NCBI RefSeq assembly: GCF_009914755.1
Contig: NC_060936.1
Length of the DNA stretch: 64,000 nt
Origin: the human T2T-CHM13v2.0 reference genome, Homo sapiens
Direction: 5' to 3' (one strand)
Shown here: positions 12,020-25,618 of the stretch, in pieces
How the letters are laid out: each line of letters begins with the position of its first letter
How positions within the stretch are numbered: the first letter of the stretch is position 1
Notes under the pieces: model-generated
What the model was told of the DNA's origin: nothing
Database searches by the model: none
Seen by the model: only the letters and a program-made list of their open reading frames with translations
Translations under genes and position numbers: made by a program

Positions 12020-13385
12020 CTTTTATTAATTAGTATTTTATTTGGGGATAATTCTTGCTAATTTACGGAAAAAGTTGCAAAAATAGTAGCATTCCTAAAC
12101 ACCTGTCATCCAGCTTTCCATAATGTTAACAACATCTTATATAGCAAAGACTAAGAAATTAACATCAGCACATTCCTATTAACTAAATGATGGGCTGTAT
12201 TTAGATTCCACTAGTTTTTCTACTAATGTCCTTTTTTCTCTTCTAGGATCCAATACAAGATACAACACTGCATTTAGTCTTCACGTCTCCTTAGTCTCCT
12301 GGTTTCTCAGCTATTCCTTGTATTCCGTGACCTTGAGAATTTTGGAGAGCACAGGTCAAATATTTTGCGGAGTGCCCCTCAATTTGACTTTCTTGATGTT
12401 TTCTCATGATTAGGCTGGGGTTGTGGGTTAATGGGAGGACCACGGAGGTGAAGTACCCCCTCACTGCACCACAGCAGAGAGTGTCACGTCAACGTCAACA
12501 GGACCTACCACGTGGTTATGACTGGTTTCTCCACTGTGGAGTTACTGTGTCCCCATCCTACATGCTATTCTTTGGCAGTGTGTCACAGGCCAGCCTACAC
12601 TCAAGGGGAGGGGGATTAAGTTCCAAACCTTCTGGGGTGGGTGGGGGGAGTATCTACATATATTATCTGGAATTTTTCAGAGAGAAATATTTGTCCTTTG
12701 TCTCTCATTTATGTGTTCAATCATTTATTTATATCACTATGGAGCCGTGGATATGCATTTTATTTTGCAGGGTTATAATTATTCATGTTGTCACTCAGGT
12801 TGTCCCAGTTTGGGAATGAGGGTCTCTTTCAGCTTGGCTCCAGTGTTCTTCAGCTTCCCCACCCCACCTCCTTTTTGTTTTTGGTGAGCACTTTCTTTCT
12901 TTCTTTTTTTTTTTTTTTTCATTCTGGCTCTATAAGGTTCCTCTTATATTTTTCCTGCTCTGCCTTACAATCAGCCTTTTCTCCTAGGAGTCCTGATTTC
13001 TTTCCTTGGAGAATTGTATTTAAAAACCAATCACTGGGCCCTGGGGATGCTCATTGCTACTGGGGTGTCAGTCACTGCTTCCAGACCTTCTCAGCAGACA
13101 GAGCTAGGAAATATCTGTATGTACATGTGCATAGACACATAGCTATAATCACTTCTGTATTTCTACTTATCAGTATAAGTAAATACGAGTTCTTAAAATA
13201 AACAAGAATTCACGTGGTTACACTAATCTCTAATCCACGATTACAGGGTTCATTCTAGTCTTCTTCCTTCACTAATTTGTAATTTCTTTCTCTGACAGTG
13301 AAAATCTTGGCTTTCACTATTGACGACTCATTTACTTACTTATTCAGTCCTAAAATATATGTAGCAGTTTCAGAACTGAGTTTTG
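12020..13385 (-). mobile_element. Old L1 3' UTR (L1MC4/5-like)
   Basis: 'ttacggaaaaagttgcaaaaatagta...ctaggatccaatacaagatacaacactgcatttag' typical antisense L1MC 3' end. Confidence 0.7.
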
Positions 13386-13409
13386 TATACTGATTTTTTC
13401 TTTCTTCTT

Positions 13410-13925
13410 GTTTTTAATGTTAACTTTCTAGAAGCATAAAATACATTCATAAAAGTGCACAACTCAAAAGTGTAAGGCTTGCATTTTCAAAAAGTGAGCA
13501 CATTCTGTTAACCTGCACCCAGAAGATCAAGAAACAAAACGTTATCAAAATTTCAGAAGCCCCGTGACTCTTGGCAGTCATGTCTCCCCTATACACAGAA
13601 AGCCCTAATTTGACTTCTAACGCTATTAGTGAGTTTTGGCTGTTTTTGAACTTTATGGAAAGGAACCAGACTGAATTGTATCTGCTTCTTTTGCTTGGCA
13701 TAATGCTTTGAGGTCCACCCCTGTTGTTGCAGGTAGTTATAGCTTATTCATTCCCATGTGTCCTGCTTTCTTAAGATTGTATCATGAGTTCTTTTCCACA
13801 GTCTTAAGTGTGTTTCTCCAGTGCGATTTTAATGGCTATATAATATTCCACAGTTTGATAATACCATAAACTATTTACTTATCCCATCTTGTCTGTCATT
13901 TGATGGGCCTCTAATTCCTGCATTA
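13410..13925 (-). mobile_element. Old L1 3' end (L1ME/L1MD-like)
   Basis: 'ataaaagtgcacaactcaaaagtgta...gatcaagaaacaaaacgttatc...cagaagcccc' antisense L1ME 3' end pattern. Confidence 0.6.
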
Positions 13926-14129
13926 TGATAACACTAGTCAATGTTACCTTAAGAAGATTGATGTAATAATCCTAATGCCTCAGAGTTAGTCTCATCACAT
14001 CTGGAGGTTTGCATTCTATTCCAGCCTTAGTCCTCACAGCACATCCAGAGGGGGCCTAAGAGGGTGCTGAGGATTCTGGAAGCTGTGGCTTAGGAAGCTC
14101 AGCTTGGGGAACTGGACTATTAGGCATGG

Positions 14130-14552
14130 GGGTAGACAAGATAGCTGTTTTCAAATATTTGAAGCACTATTTGAAAGAGTGTTTTATGAAGTTTTATTCT
14201 GTTTTATGAAGTTTTAGTCCTCATGTTTAGCTAGGAAGAGACAGGTTTTTTGTTTGTTCTGTTTTGTTTTGAACCTATAATAGTATAAGGAAGGTGATGA
14301 ATAAGACAGGTACTAGAAATAACTACACCTGAATGACACCCATGAACTGGGACTGCCCTGCGCAAACCAGGCCATCCATCATCACCCCAGGCACAAGAAA
14401 CTCTTTCTAATGAGTACAGACTTGACTGAGAAATGAAAAGGCTGATGTACAGTGCTGATCTTTCTGTTATTTGAGATGTGTTATAGTGTTAGGCAGGATT
14501 GTGCAAAGGTTTCCTACATTGGGAGGGAGGCTACACTAGATGACGTCCAAGT
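14130..14552 (+). mobile_element. L3/CR1-like 3' fragment, possibly with an internal MER94-like piece (~14305-14390)
   Basis: 'atagctgttttcaaatatttgaag' and 'gggaggctacactagatgacgtccaag' resemble the CR1/L3 3' end. Confidence 0.4.
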
Positions 14553-15085
14553 GGCTGGATGATCATTGGATGGCAGTCTAGTTCTGAAAGTCCATAATTC
14601 AGCCTGGAAAATGATCAGCAGTATTGCCAAAGTGAGTAAATAAGATTTACATTTCTCTCTTCCTGGTCCTTATAGAAGCATGATTTCCATCTGGTCCTCA
14701 TACTTGCCTTTTTTAAACAGCTTTATTGGTGTCTGGTTGCCGAGAGTTAATAGAGTGTTGTGCACTTAGAAATTTGCTGAAAGAGAAGATCTCATGATAA
14801 ATGTTCAAAATTGGCTTTTGCAAGGCTAGAAGAGAGGACAGGGATGATGCTTTGTAACTTGTCAGATGCTGGGCCTGAAGTTCAATGTTCTGTGGTGATT
14901 GAGGGTAGATTCTATCTGAAGTTTTGAGAATTTAAACGACTTATTCAGGGTGCACGAGTCAGAATGTTTTGGTTGTAAGAAACAAAAGTCACTGGCACTA
15001 ACATAAGCCTGAGGCTCAAATACATCTATGATCTTGAATTATATGAGTGACCCCTCTATCTTGATAACATATTACCACTTAAAAA

Positions 15086-15392
15086 TTATATATATATATA
15101 TAGAATATATAATATAATATTATAATATATGCCATATTATATTATTATATGCTATATTATAATATAATAAAATATATAATGTTTGTTTCAGGTTCAGGGG
15201 TACATGTGCAGTGTTGTTATATTTGTTAATTGTGTGCCACAGGGCTTTGGGATACAGATTGTTTCATCACCCAGGTAATAGGCCTGCTACCTGATGGGTA
15301 AACTTTTTATCCTCTCCTTCCTCCCACCCTCCACTCTCAAGTAGGCCCCTGTTTCTGTTGTTCCCTTCTTTGTAGTCCTGTGTTCTCATTGT
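15086..15392 (-). mobile_element. 5'-truncated L1PA15/16-like 3' end with decayed AT-rich tail
   Basis: 'ggggtacatgtgcag...ttcatcacccaggtaatag...cctcccaccctccactctcaagtaggcccc'. Confidence 0.75.
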
Positions 15393-16045
15393 AAAACTTT
15401 CTATCTTGAGATACTCTTAGACTTACAGAAGAGTTGCAACAATAGTACAGAGAATTCTCACACATCCTTTACCCAACTTTGTCTAATGTTCACTTCTGAC
15501 ATAATCATCACACAGCGAGCAAAACCAAGAAACAAATATTCATGCAATGTTATCAGCTGAACTGCAGATTTTATTTAGATTTCACCATGTTTCCCATTAA
15601 TGTCTTTCTCTTTACCAGGATCTAATCCAGCATCCCATGTTGCATTTAATTTTCATGTCTCATCAATCTGAGACAGTTTTTGAGCCTTCTCTTTCATGAT
15701 CTTGACAGAGATCATGAAAGAGTATTGGCCAGATATTTTGTAAAAGGTCCCTCAGTTTGGGTCTCTGGATGTTTCTCATGATGGGACTGAGGTTATGGAA
15801 CTTTGCAAACATTACCACCGAACGCTCCCCTGTCCCTCTCAGTGCAGCACATTAGGTGGTACACGACGCTGAGGCATCTCATTACTGGTGAAGTTAACCT
15901 CAATTACTTTCTTAAGATGGTGTTTGCCAGCTTCTTCACTGTGCAGTCACTATTTTCCATTTGTCATTAACAAATTTTGCTTTGAGATCATGCACATATA
16001 CTTTTTCGCTGTAAACTTTCACCCACTAGTTTCAACATCTTTCAT
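15393..16045 (-). mobile_element. Old L1 3' UTR (L1MC4/5-like), second copy
   Basis: Collinear with and same orientation as 12020-12700 ('ttacagaagagttgcaacaatagtacagag...ccaggatctaatccag'). Confidence 0.7.
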
Positions 16046-17579
16046 AAATCACCTTTTTTATTTAAGCTGAGTCAAATGAATTCCCAGAGAAAAATGCATA
16101 GGTGCAGAGAGCTGACAGCCTGGCTTCCCGTGGTCATCTCTTTTCCTTTCTATGTCACTTCTGGGGGCAGCTATTTCTCTCTAGGCCCCCTTCATTCCCC
16201 TCTCTCTTCAGGGCCATCTCTGGTCTCCAGCTCGTGTGATAGACAAAAAGGCTGCCATCGGCACCCCTCACCAGTGTAAGAGACCAGCCCAAGGGAGGTG
16301 GGCTCTCCTAGTTCCAAGCCCAAGTTCTTGGGGAAAGGACTCTGACTGGTCCAGTCTGGGTCAGTACCCAAGTCGTGATACGTTAAGTTGGCTCCAGAGG
16401 TGCAAGATTGGATTGCTTATATAAGTCAGCTTGGGACTCCCCTTAGTATTAGGATGGGCGGAAAATATTCCCCCAAATCTTTGTGAGATGAGCACACCCC
16501 CAGTGTGTATCCAACCACACAGCATGTCTGAGGCACAGTCAGAACAAAACACAGGTCCCTCCACTTTTTAAACAGTGTGAGTTTCTTGTCAATGCCTCAG
16601 CACACATTAGGCACTGAATCTGTGACAACTTGACTTCTCTACCTTGATCACAATCAAGCTGGAGTGGCACTTTATCCCAGTCCTGGAAATAAATATGAAA
16701 TCACACTCGGGTAGGAAGGGAAGGTGAAGGGCTGAAGGTCCCCAAGAGTTCCCGGGGCTTAAAGCTCTTTTTGGTGATCTTTGAAGCTGAGTTATTCATC
16801 CAGCTGTGTTATCCTAATTCTCCAAAGACACGGAACTAAAACCCAAGAGCTAATCACTTAGTGGGATTGACCTTAAAATGCAGCAGATTTTCAGGAATGA
16901 TTAGAAAATCTTTTCTGAAAGGAGAGATGCCTGGATCAGGTTCTTCAAGGAAGGAAAGCAAAGCATACCTCCTTGGTTCAGTGGGGAGCAAAGGGAGGGC
17001 TGGGTGCATGCTGGGAAGAAAACAATGCTTAGCAACATTTTCTAGATTCCTGGTTCATATTTTCCCCCTGATGTCAGGAACGGAGCATCCTTTTCTCCCC
17101 TGGCAGCTTGATTATGGCACTAAGAAATCCAAGATAAATGGGATGCTCTGTGAATGAAGCCTGGAACAGCTGGACATTGCTGAACACAACTGCAATGGCT
17201 GGTCAAATGGGGACATCTGGTTCACCTCCCCAGAGGTTTGGCAATGGTAATAAGGCCAATAAAGATAATTCAATCAGCCACTGTAGGCTGAGGCTCTCGG
17301 GAGCCCAAACACTGGGCTGGAGAGATTGGGTTTCTTTTCCATGGGAGCAAAGGAAGGAGACTGGTGGGAGAACCAGCTGTGCGCCTGGCTTTTCCCACCT
17401 GCAATTCTGGGTCCCTGCAACCACGGAGGACAATTTCCCAGGAAAGGTGAGGGATTGTCTGTCATAATTTGGGAGCACATGAAAGGCCAGGACCTCTAGA
17501 AAGTCATCGTCATAGGAATTCCTAGTGCCCGGTGTGGCAGATGTTTGTTCCATGGTGACTCAGTGAAGGATTCTTAGAG

Positions 17580-17760
17580 GTCAGAAGACTTGGGATGAAG
17601 ACAGTCCTAAGTCATACAAGTGCTCAGTGGTCTTGAGCAAAAGACTTAGTCTCTCCTGAAACTCAATTTTCTCATCTGTAAAATGAGGACAGAAATACCT
17701 ATCTCCCAGGATTGTCATGAACATTATATAAAATCATGAATGTGGAGAAGTTTGTTGGAA
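17580..17760 (+). mobile_element. MIR SINE
   Basis: 'ctcaattttctcatctgtaaaatgagg...cccaggattgtcatga' MIR core. Confidence 0.75.
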
Positions 17761-20700
17761 GAATGTGAGCCATTTTGGTGGTGGATCAGATCAAATCAAC
17801 AGTTTGTGATGCTCTCAACCAAGTGTCTTTTCTCTATAGTGACAGATGACATGAGACCTGAAACTCACAGGAGATTCAGGTATCTTCGTTTTAGCCTCTA
17901 GTCTCAAACTTTTAAAAATAATTTAGTCAGTTTTCTATATGAAGAGGATATAGGGAAATGACATGCTGGATATCCATGCCTTAATTTTTACTCCCTACGG
18001 AAGGATCTGTGAGCAATAAACTGCCTAGAAGGTGATGGGAGAAACATGTGGACTTCACAGGGCTAAAGATTAGATTGGAAGATAGTGAAACTGAGGTTCA
18101 GAAAAGCCACCAGGACTAGCCAAAATCACAATTCAGGGTTGAGTCTGCTATCCAGGTCTCATCAGCAAGGGATTTTTGGTTCCAACACACTCTGCAATTT
18201 CATGGGCTAAGACAGTACTTGAGAGTGTCCTGACTAAGTCAATAGTTTACCTCAGTTTCCCCAGTCCCCTTTATATCTCTGGTCATCTCTGACATGCGGG
18301 TGCTCTGCCATCAAAGGAGTGACTCCTGAGCAAAATGTCCAGTAACATCACCCAAGATGTTACAAGAAACTGCCTTAGTTTGGTGGGGGCAGGGGGCAAG
18401 AGGGAAGGTCGGTATAGTTGGAGGGAGGGAGTGGCTTCTTTGGCCTTAGTGTCCTGGTCTGAAGAAGTGTCCACAGAGCATGGACATTGGGTGCATGCAG
18501 CATGCAGAATGACAAAACAGGCTCCAGTCACAAGAGCTTCTTTGATTCAAGAGAATGTGACATGAGGAATGATTCTATTTAGCTTTCTCCACTAAGGGAA
18601 TATTTGTCAGCGGGATCATGAGTCAGAAGAGGAAAGGGTCTTTTCTAGCCTAAAAATAAAGCCATGGGGACAGAGCAGTCAGGGAGGTTTGCGGTTTGAC
18701 CTTTCCCATTTCTGAATGTGTGTGCTGTGTGTGTTGCAGGGGTGGTGGAAGCCAGGCAAGCCTGGAGGAGAGAGGTATCTCCAGCCCTGGCTCTAAGAAG
18801 CCTTTGCTGGTAAAATGAGCACTTGGTGGCAGCATAGGTTAGTGGTAATACCTAAAACCACAAGCTGGAATTCCAGTCCTTGAAGTCTCTGGTTTGCTAA
18901 TGACCTGGCATCTTCTGCCCCCAGTCCACTCTGCTGCCCATCTTGGCCTTCACTGGCATGGATTCCGGTCACTCAGCCCTGGGGCTTGGCTCCCATCCCT
19001 TAGTCACAGAGCACACGTGCACCTCAGCCCCTTCTTAGACATGCTGCCAAATTTTGACCAACGTCTAGCACTGCCTTTGGGTTCACCGAAGATACATACT
19101 GTTCTGTTGTCCATCTGAATGGCGGTACAGAGCAGGGTGTGAGGCATTGCCTGAGGACAAACTGTCATCCGAATAGGCAAGAATTCTGCTTAGGGTGTGT
19201 CAAAGAGCAAACCAGGACTGAAAATTCACTGTGTAATTAGTGCAGTAATGCAGGGTGCAATTTAACTCCTTCTACTTTCTAGCTCTCAAAGGTAGTGGAT
19301 GAAATTCTGCCCCAAGAACAAAAATACCTGAAAACTAGTGTCCACCAACTATGCAGAGAGGCTCAGAAAATATTTGGGGTCATATTCTCTTTATCTTTCT
19401 TGTCTCCCATAAGAAAGCAGGCCTTTGTCTGAAATCCCCACTGCACACCCATCCACAGAGACAGAAGTCCCTGGACATCAAGCCACGAGGGAGGGGACAG
19501 AAGGGATGAGAATGAAACATGCCCCACTTTCTTTTCCACTCACCACGCAGATCCTACTCCAACCTCACTACACTCAGGCTCTTCCCTGCTATGAATCTGC
19601 TTCCTCTACTATTCTGGATAAATCCTACTCATCCTGGAAAGGGCAGCCCCCAACCAACCTTCCCAAATGCCCCATCCTCTGGTGCTCTCTCCTTCCTTCC
19701 AACACCCGCACATTTGTACTCTGTGCCACTCGATTTTAGCCCTTGTTGGTGGACTCTTCTGTTTGCTACTGGTTTGTGTTACCCCAACTAAACTGGGATA
19801 CATGGGCAAGAGTGAGGCATACAACCTTTCCACTCCAAATCCCAGGCAAGCAGCTTGCACTCCGAGGCATGGCTGTATTGTAAGTCAAACAGAGTTAATC
19901 AATCCACCCTCCAGGGATGATTGGGAGGAGTAAATGAGTAAAAGTATGTACAGGACTTAGAATAATGGTTGGCACACAATAACGAGTTGAAAACACTGTC
20001 CCTTGGTATTACCATTACTCGAAGATAAAGCTGATGTAATTTGTTTAGATTCAAGATTCTCCTGCATATTGGTCTTCATCACACCCATAGCATAATTGGT
20101 GGTCCAAAAAATACAGACAAAACAGAAATAGTACACGAGCTTCATGTCTGGCTTTGTACCACTGCTGGGGTAAAGCTGCTGAGTGGCCTTGTTAAAATGG
20201 TGAGTTTGTCTGCCCTAGGAGAGGTGAGAATCCTGATATTGACCCGCTGGACAGAGTGTCTTGGGAAATGGCCCTAGAGCAGAGCACAAGCTCCTGAGGG
20301 GCCTGGAGACCATGTGTTCCGTGGCCTTCCTCAGCCTCTTCTGCCCTCACACTCCATAAATCTGAATTTGATGAGGACGGGCAATGATTGGAGATGCTCC
20401 CTAGCGAGGCAGTGCCAAGACCCCTGCCCCGGAGGGTCTGTCAGCGCCTGTGATGAAGTAATTGAAGGGGGGACAGCTGCATGTGTCTCAGTAAACAGAT
20501 GAACTCAGTCAACACCCTCAACAGCAACCAGCACAGAAGAGCAAACCCATGAGGCCACCTGGCTCTGGGGCCAGCACATGGAGCAGGAAGAAGAGACCCT
20601 CCCATCCCACCCCTCAGATCACTCTCAGGAAAACAACTCCCAGAGAGGTGAAGCGACTTGCCTGAAGTCACGCATCCAGCCTCTGGTAAAATTCAGGCCT

Positions 20701-21299
20701 AGAGCCAAAGTCTCTGAGATCCCATTCAACTACTTATCCACCAGACTAAGTCTGGAGGAATCACAGCCCTAACACCTCCAAGTCTGCCGCAGTCCTCCAT
20801 GAGAGCCCCAAGGTCAAGGGGAGTTCTCAAGGTCATGCAGTCCAGTCTCCCACTTGTCTGCAAAAGAGCTTGGTCCCTGAATGCAGGTGACATGTTGGGT
20901 GCAAAAAGTCTTGAATTTAGACTAACTGATTTGTGCTGTGACTGAGGCAGCTGTCTCATTCTGAGCTTCTCTTGTTTTCTCTGTTCAGTGGGGAAAATAA
21001 TAAAATTCCTGGCCCATTTGACCTGGGATTTTTTAAAATCACAGAATCTCCCAGTTTCTAGTTGGAATTCAAAAAAAAAATTTGTTGAGTGAATCCTGAT
21101 ACTGGAGCCCGTTCCAATTGAGTTCACATACAACCAGGAGAGCACGTGAGGAGCATTACAGTCAGACCAGCTCCACCTTGGTCTATGAGGGTGGGAGAGT
21201 CAGTGTCATTGCCACATAGAGGAGTAGAAGGGAGGCGGAGGAGTTAGACCACTTTTCCTTGGGGTTTCAGACGGTGCTTTATGAGCCTGGAGTGCTGGG

Positions 21300-21480
21300 A
21301 CCTCATTCAAGGCAAGGCACTGTGCTTTCCTGTCTCCTGGGTAAGTCACTGAACCTCATTGAGCCTCAGTTTCTTCATCCACAAAACAGTGACAAAAATC
21401 TCTCCCTTATTGGGAGGCAGCAAGGACTAGATGAAATAATGCACTTTGTCAAGCACTGTGACACAATGTGAGCCATTGCT
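21300..21480 (+). mobile_element. MIR SINE
   Basis: 'gggtaagtcactgaacctcattgagcctcagtttcttcatc' MIR core. Confidence 0.75.
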
Positions 21481-21613
21481 ACTCTGTTTACTGATGACTG
21501 TTAATGCAGGGAACCATTTAAGCTGACACTTGTGATGGATCCTTATTCCCAAGGTCATTCAGAAAAATTCAGTGCTTCCTGCAAACCCCCTTCGGACTAG
21601 GGCTGTACCTACA

Positions 21614-21715
21614 CCTCCAGATGGCATCCAGCTGTCCACTGTCCACTACACTGGTAGGGTCTGCTCTGCAGATTCCTGGCTGCACCTCGCAGTATTGCTC
21701 CGCACAAGGGGGCGA
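21614..21715 (+). promoter_or_regulatory. Two same-orientation CTCF-like core motifs in a small CpG-rich patch
   Basis: CCTCCAGATGGCAT 21614-21627 and GCACAAGGGGGCGA 21702-21715 versus core CCWSYAGRKGGCRS. Confidence 0.5.
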
Positions 21716-24700
21716 CAGCGGAGGGCTGCGAAGTGCATCGGCGATGCACATCTGCCATGCGCGAGTGCAGGGATGGGCAACAGTTCCAGCCTGGCCCTCT
21801 GCACCTTAGATGCTTTTTCTCGCAGCGTGCCCAGCGATCATGTTGGAAGGTCTCCAGGGGGACAGGCTGCAAGAGGTGGATGCTCCTTTCCCTGTTTTCC
21901 TCCACCCCTATTCCTCCTCCTCTCCGTCCCTATCTTTAAAGAGTCTACACGGTTCCTTTCTTCTCTCTTCCTTTCTTACTAACTTGAACATTTTAATCAA
22001 TATGGCACCTCTCTGGGGTCTCCACACTGTCACTGCAATTTGCTGTGGTTCGGTGGGTGAATTTTCTTTCGCCTTTTAGCGGGAAACAGAATGATTTCCA
22101 TGATAGAAGCCGACTGGTCCGGAGAGGCCTCTACACAAAGAGCACTATGAAGAAAGGAGACAGCTGGCTGAAAAGAGAGAAGGGATTTGGGGAATTGAAA
22201 TGCCTTATGATATTGGACTTAAACGTGGAAAATTCACTTCTCTGCATTGCTCAAATGCCTCTGAATTAGAGCAGAAGGGCTATCAGTTAATTTTCTAACT
22301 CTGGGTAGGAATTTCTGGCCCAGAACTTTGCAGGATTTTTTTGTTTTCCCTGACTGGTACGGTGTCCATCTACACTCATCACTTCCTTTATGGTCTGGAC
22401 TGACCCATGGCCTGCTCAGCTGGCAGGGCTGTGGCTGGTTATCCCTCTGCCTTCAGGGAGGATGGCATTCAAATCACTGCAGAAGAGATGCTGCCTCTAG
22501 TTACCTTCAGCCACCTCTTCAGGAACAACGACCTGGGACACCTTTGTGAAGTAGTATGGCATATTGGGAAGAGCACAGGACAAAGGACAGAAGATGGGGT
22601 TTCCATCCCACCTGCCACTTACCTGCTGATGGCCTAGGAATGATCACTTCTCCCTCTGATCTGCTTATCCCTCAGCTGTGAAGCAAGGGATAAGGTTTTG
22701 ACCTTTTTTCCTGAGGTCACTGGGGAGCCCATACAGTTCCAAGTAGGGTTTTGAGGATCAGATTTCCTTGAGGAGTTATTGACCCAAAGAGTTACAGCAG
22801 AACAACTGGGAAGTTTGGAAGTTAAATTTTTAAATGCTTTTTACAGTAACCCTATCATACTTAATTGCATTCTGTAGTTCAGCTGCCCCTATTATTTTTA
22901 ACACTTAAATACCTTTATTTATGCACACTTTTCTACGCATAAGAGTTTTACCTCTGCCTCCTAGAACTTGGAAGTAAGTATTAGGACTAGATCATCTCTA
23001 AATTTCCTACCCTCGAACTCCAATTTTGCTGTAAATCCTGAATCCAGTTGAGCACAATTCAGACTGGAAATGTTATGGGTCTTGGTTTCTAAACCTACTT
23101 TTTCACAACCCTTTCCTTCTGTGACTTGCCCCACGGTGAGCTCCTGTCAGCAGACAGCTGCAAACATCAGCAGGGTTTGACTTCTAATGTTCACAGTCTT
23201 TTCTATGGACTTAACCCAATGTAAGATCACCTCTGCTGCTGTTTGATCTCCTTTTCCCTTTCCTTTCTGCTTCACTGTGGCCTATTTTCAGTCTCACTCT
23301 TGAATAGATTGGTTCCGGGAAATGTTTGTTTCCTTTCTTAAGATATTTGGGGAGTTTTCTATCATTTTCATTTCTGAGGCATCACCTGCAAGATTGTGGG
23401 TGACTTCTGAAGCATGGTTAAGAGTCACTGTCATCTCTCACTCATTGTATTTTATTTGCAGTGTTCTAAGGATCTTGTGTGTGTCAAGAGTCTTCCAGAA
23501 GGGTTAAACTGGGAATCATGCCCAGATGAATCAAAAGTGCTGAAGAACATGTACATGTGTATGTATGAGGTACATCTGTATATGTCTAGAGGTCTTGGTG
23601 CATGCCTGGATGTCAAAACTACTTACAGACAGTTCTTGGAGTTATCCTGAAAATGAAGAATGCTGGATACCATTTAGTTAGTTCTTATTACATATCAGGA
23701 ATTATTTTAGGTGCTTTCTATACATACATTTTTGTAGAGCCACACAAGAAAGTAGGTATTTTTAATCTCCATTTATAATGAGGAAGAATCTGATTAAGAA
23801 TCAGATAAGTCAAATAATTTTCCCAAATTCTCATAGCTAGTAAGTGTCAGAATCAGAGCCCAAAGCCACCTAGTGTGAGGATATCCTTGTTGTGTGGCCT
23901 TGTCTATCAGCCTGGGGAGGATATTCAATTAGATCAGCTCCTGTGATTTTTTTTAGGTCACCTGAAGTAGGTAGAGTTTGCCTCTGAACCAATAGGGATT
24001 TTTTTTTTCAGCCTTTGTCTTTGGGGCAAAGTTTCAGGCAAAAACTTAGGCTTCAATTAGGAGATCAATAATACCATCAGGCATTTGCTCTTAGCATGGA
24101 TGCCTCCCTCTTCATGGCGTCCATTTCAGCTTCCTGACCTTCTGTTTTGCCTCTTTAACTGGAGAAGGCTGAGGAGCTAGGGAAGCTCAGGGACTCCACT
24201 CTGGGAGAGTTCCATCCTCAGAGGAGGAGCTTCTCCAACCCAGGAGGCTGTGCCTCAGGAGAAGCTGGCCCTTCCAACGATGTTCTCTTAGCGCAGGGAC
24301 TATGGAGGGACCTGTGTCATGCCAGAGTGGAGAAGAGTGTGGCAGAAGCTAGTTAACTCCAGCTCCAAGTGGGGATTAGCTTCCATACAGACAAAATCTG
24401 TGGTTGGGATGCTCCCTTCCTCCTCCCTCCCTTTCTCCTCCACCAAGTGCAAGGGTTTGCACCATTTGTATCAACTCATCAGTGCCCAGCACTGGGCTTT
24501 GTATTGTGGGTAAAATAGATGAAGAATTTTAATGACAGGGTCCCTGTTTGCAATTTTATCCAGTGTGTTTTCTTTCTCCCTCCTAAAAGGATAGGATCTT
24601 TTACAGACAAAGAGAAATTATTAAGGATTTTGTAAGCCCACTCAGTAGTTATCGTTGCTTAATAACCCTGCTCTAAGATGCTGAGTTTTGTGGATGATAA

Positions 24701-25565
24701 CTGATCTCATTCTTTAAATATTTCTGAGTTCTAAATCAGCTGAGAATATACAAGAGTCAGACAGACGAATACCAAAATGCCATTTTTACTACGAATGAAG
24801 CTGAATTCAACTAAGTGGTTGAGACAGATAGCCACAATTAGCCCTTCCATTATCTTGGAAGAATTATGGTTTGGAGTGTAGACATGCCCAATCTCAGTGT
24901 CAGGAAAGTGGTGCCAAAGAAAGGGAAAAGAAGAGAGACCACAATATGCTTAGTTGTTAATACACCAAGTCCGTCTAAGTAAAGGCCCATGAAGGGCCAG
25001 GACCAAGCCAGGGAGAAAGGCTGGACGTATTACTCAGTGGACATCTCAGCACGAAAGCATGAAGCAAGGGGAATGGCAGTTACTCTCTGGGGTAGGGAAA
25101 TTCTCTAGTTGCTCAACTTCAGTTAACTTGGAAAGTAATTCTTCAAAAGATACATTAATAATTTGAGAGATCAGAAAGAACATTACTATCTCCATGTTGA
25201 CTGGATAAACAAGACATCCACCTATTAAAAGTAGGGAAGAACACCTACCACACACAAAGATGTGAAAGTCTGAGTTCCTGTTCCTAAGGCTGGTCCGATG
25301 GAGAAGAGGATGAGATGCCCCATACTGGTGATGGAAATCACAGGTCACCATCAACACACAGAGCTCCATGTGTCATATACTGCTAGTTAAATAAATTTTA
25401 AAATTTCAGCAAAAAAATTCCTAAAGTTTTACTAGTGTTTGCCCTCTGACCCTTCTCAATGTTATGTTATTAGTACATCTTATAAACCACCAATAAAATT
25501 AACTAACTTATATATAACATTCAGTTCTCCCTACCATAAATAGCATGAAGACTCTTGCCTTCTAG

Positions 25566-25618
25566 AAATAAGTTTTTCTAGTGGCCTTTAAAATAAGTTT
25601 TTGTAGTGGCCTTTAAAA
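25566..25618. repeat. 25-bp tandem duplication
   Basis: aaataagtttttctagtggccttta / aaataagtttttgtagtggccttta, 1 mismatch. Confidence 0.9.

Noticed and set aside
12020-16045. Apparent local segmental duplication (12.0-12.7 kb versus 15.4-16.0 kb)
   Set aside because: Similarity is confined to L1MC-type 3' UTR sequence and is highly diverged, which fits independent insertions of related elements.
21688-21701. CGCAGTATT as a CTCF upstream (ZF9-11) motif
   Set aside because: Spacing to the core is about 3 bp shorter than the extended motif as I recall it.
21733-21749. Palindrome as a miRNA or other structured ncRNA hairpin
   Set aside because: Only an 8-bp stem, far shorter than a pre-miRNA, and no known RNA gene was recognised.
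22614-22628. Perfect minus-strand splice donor CAG|GTAAGT
   Set aside because: It lies in a MIR 'ccacttac' motif where such matches are common, and I found no supported partner acceptor or ORF.
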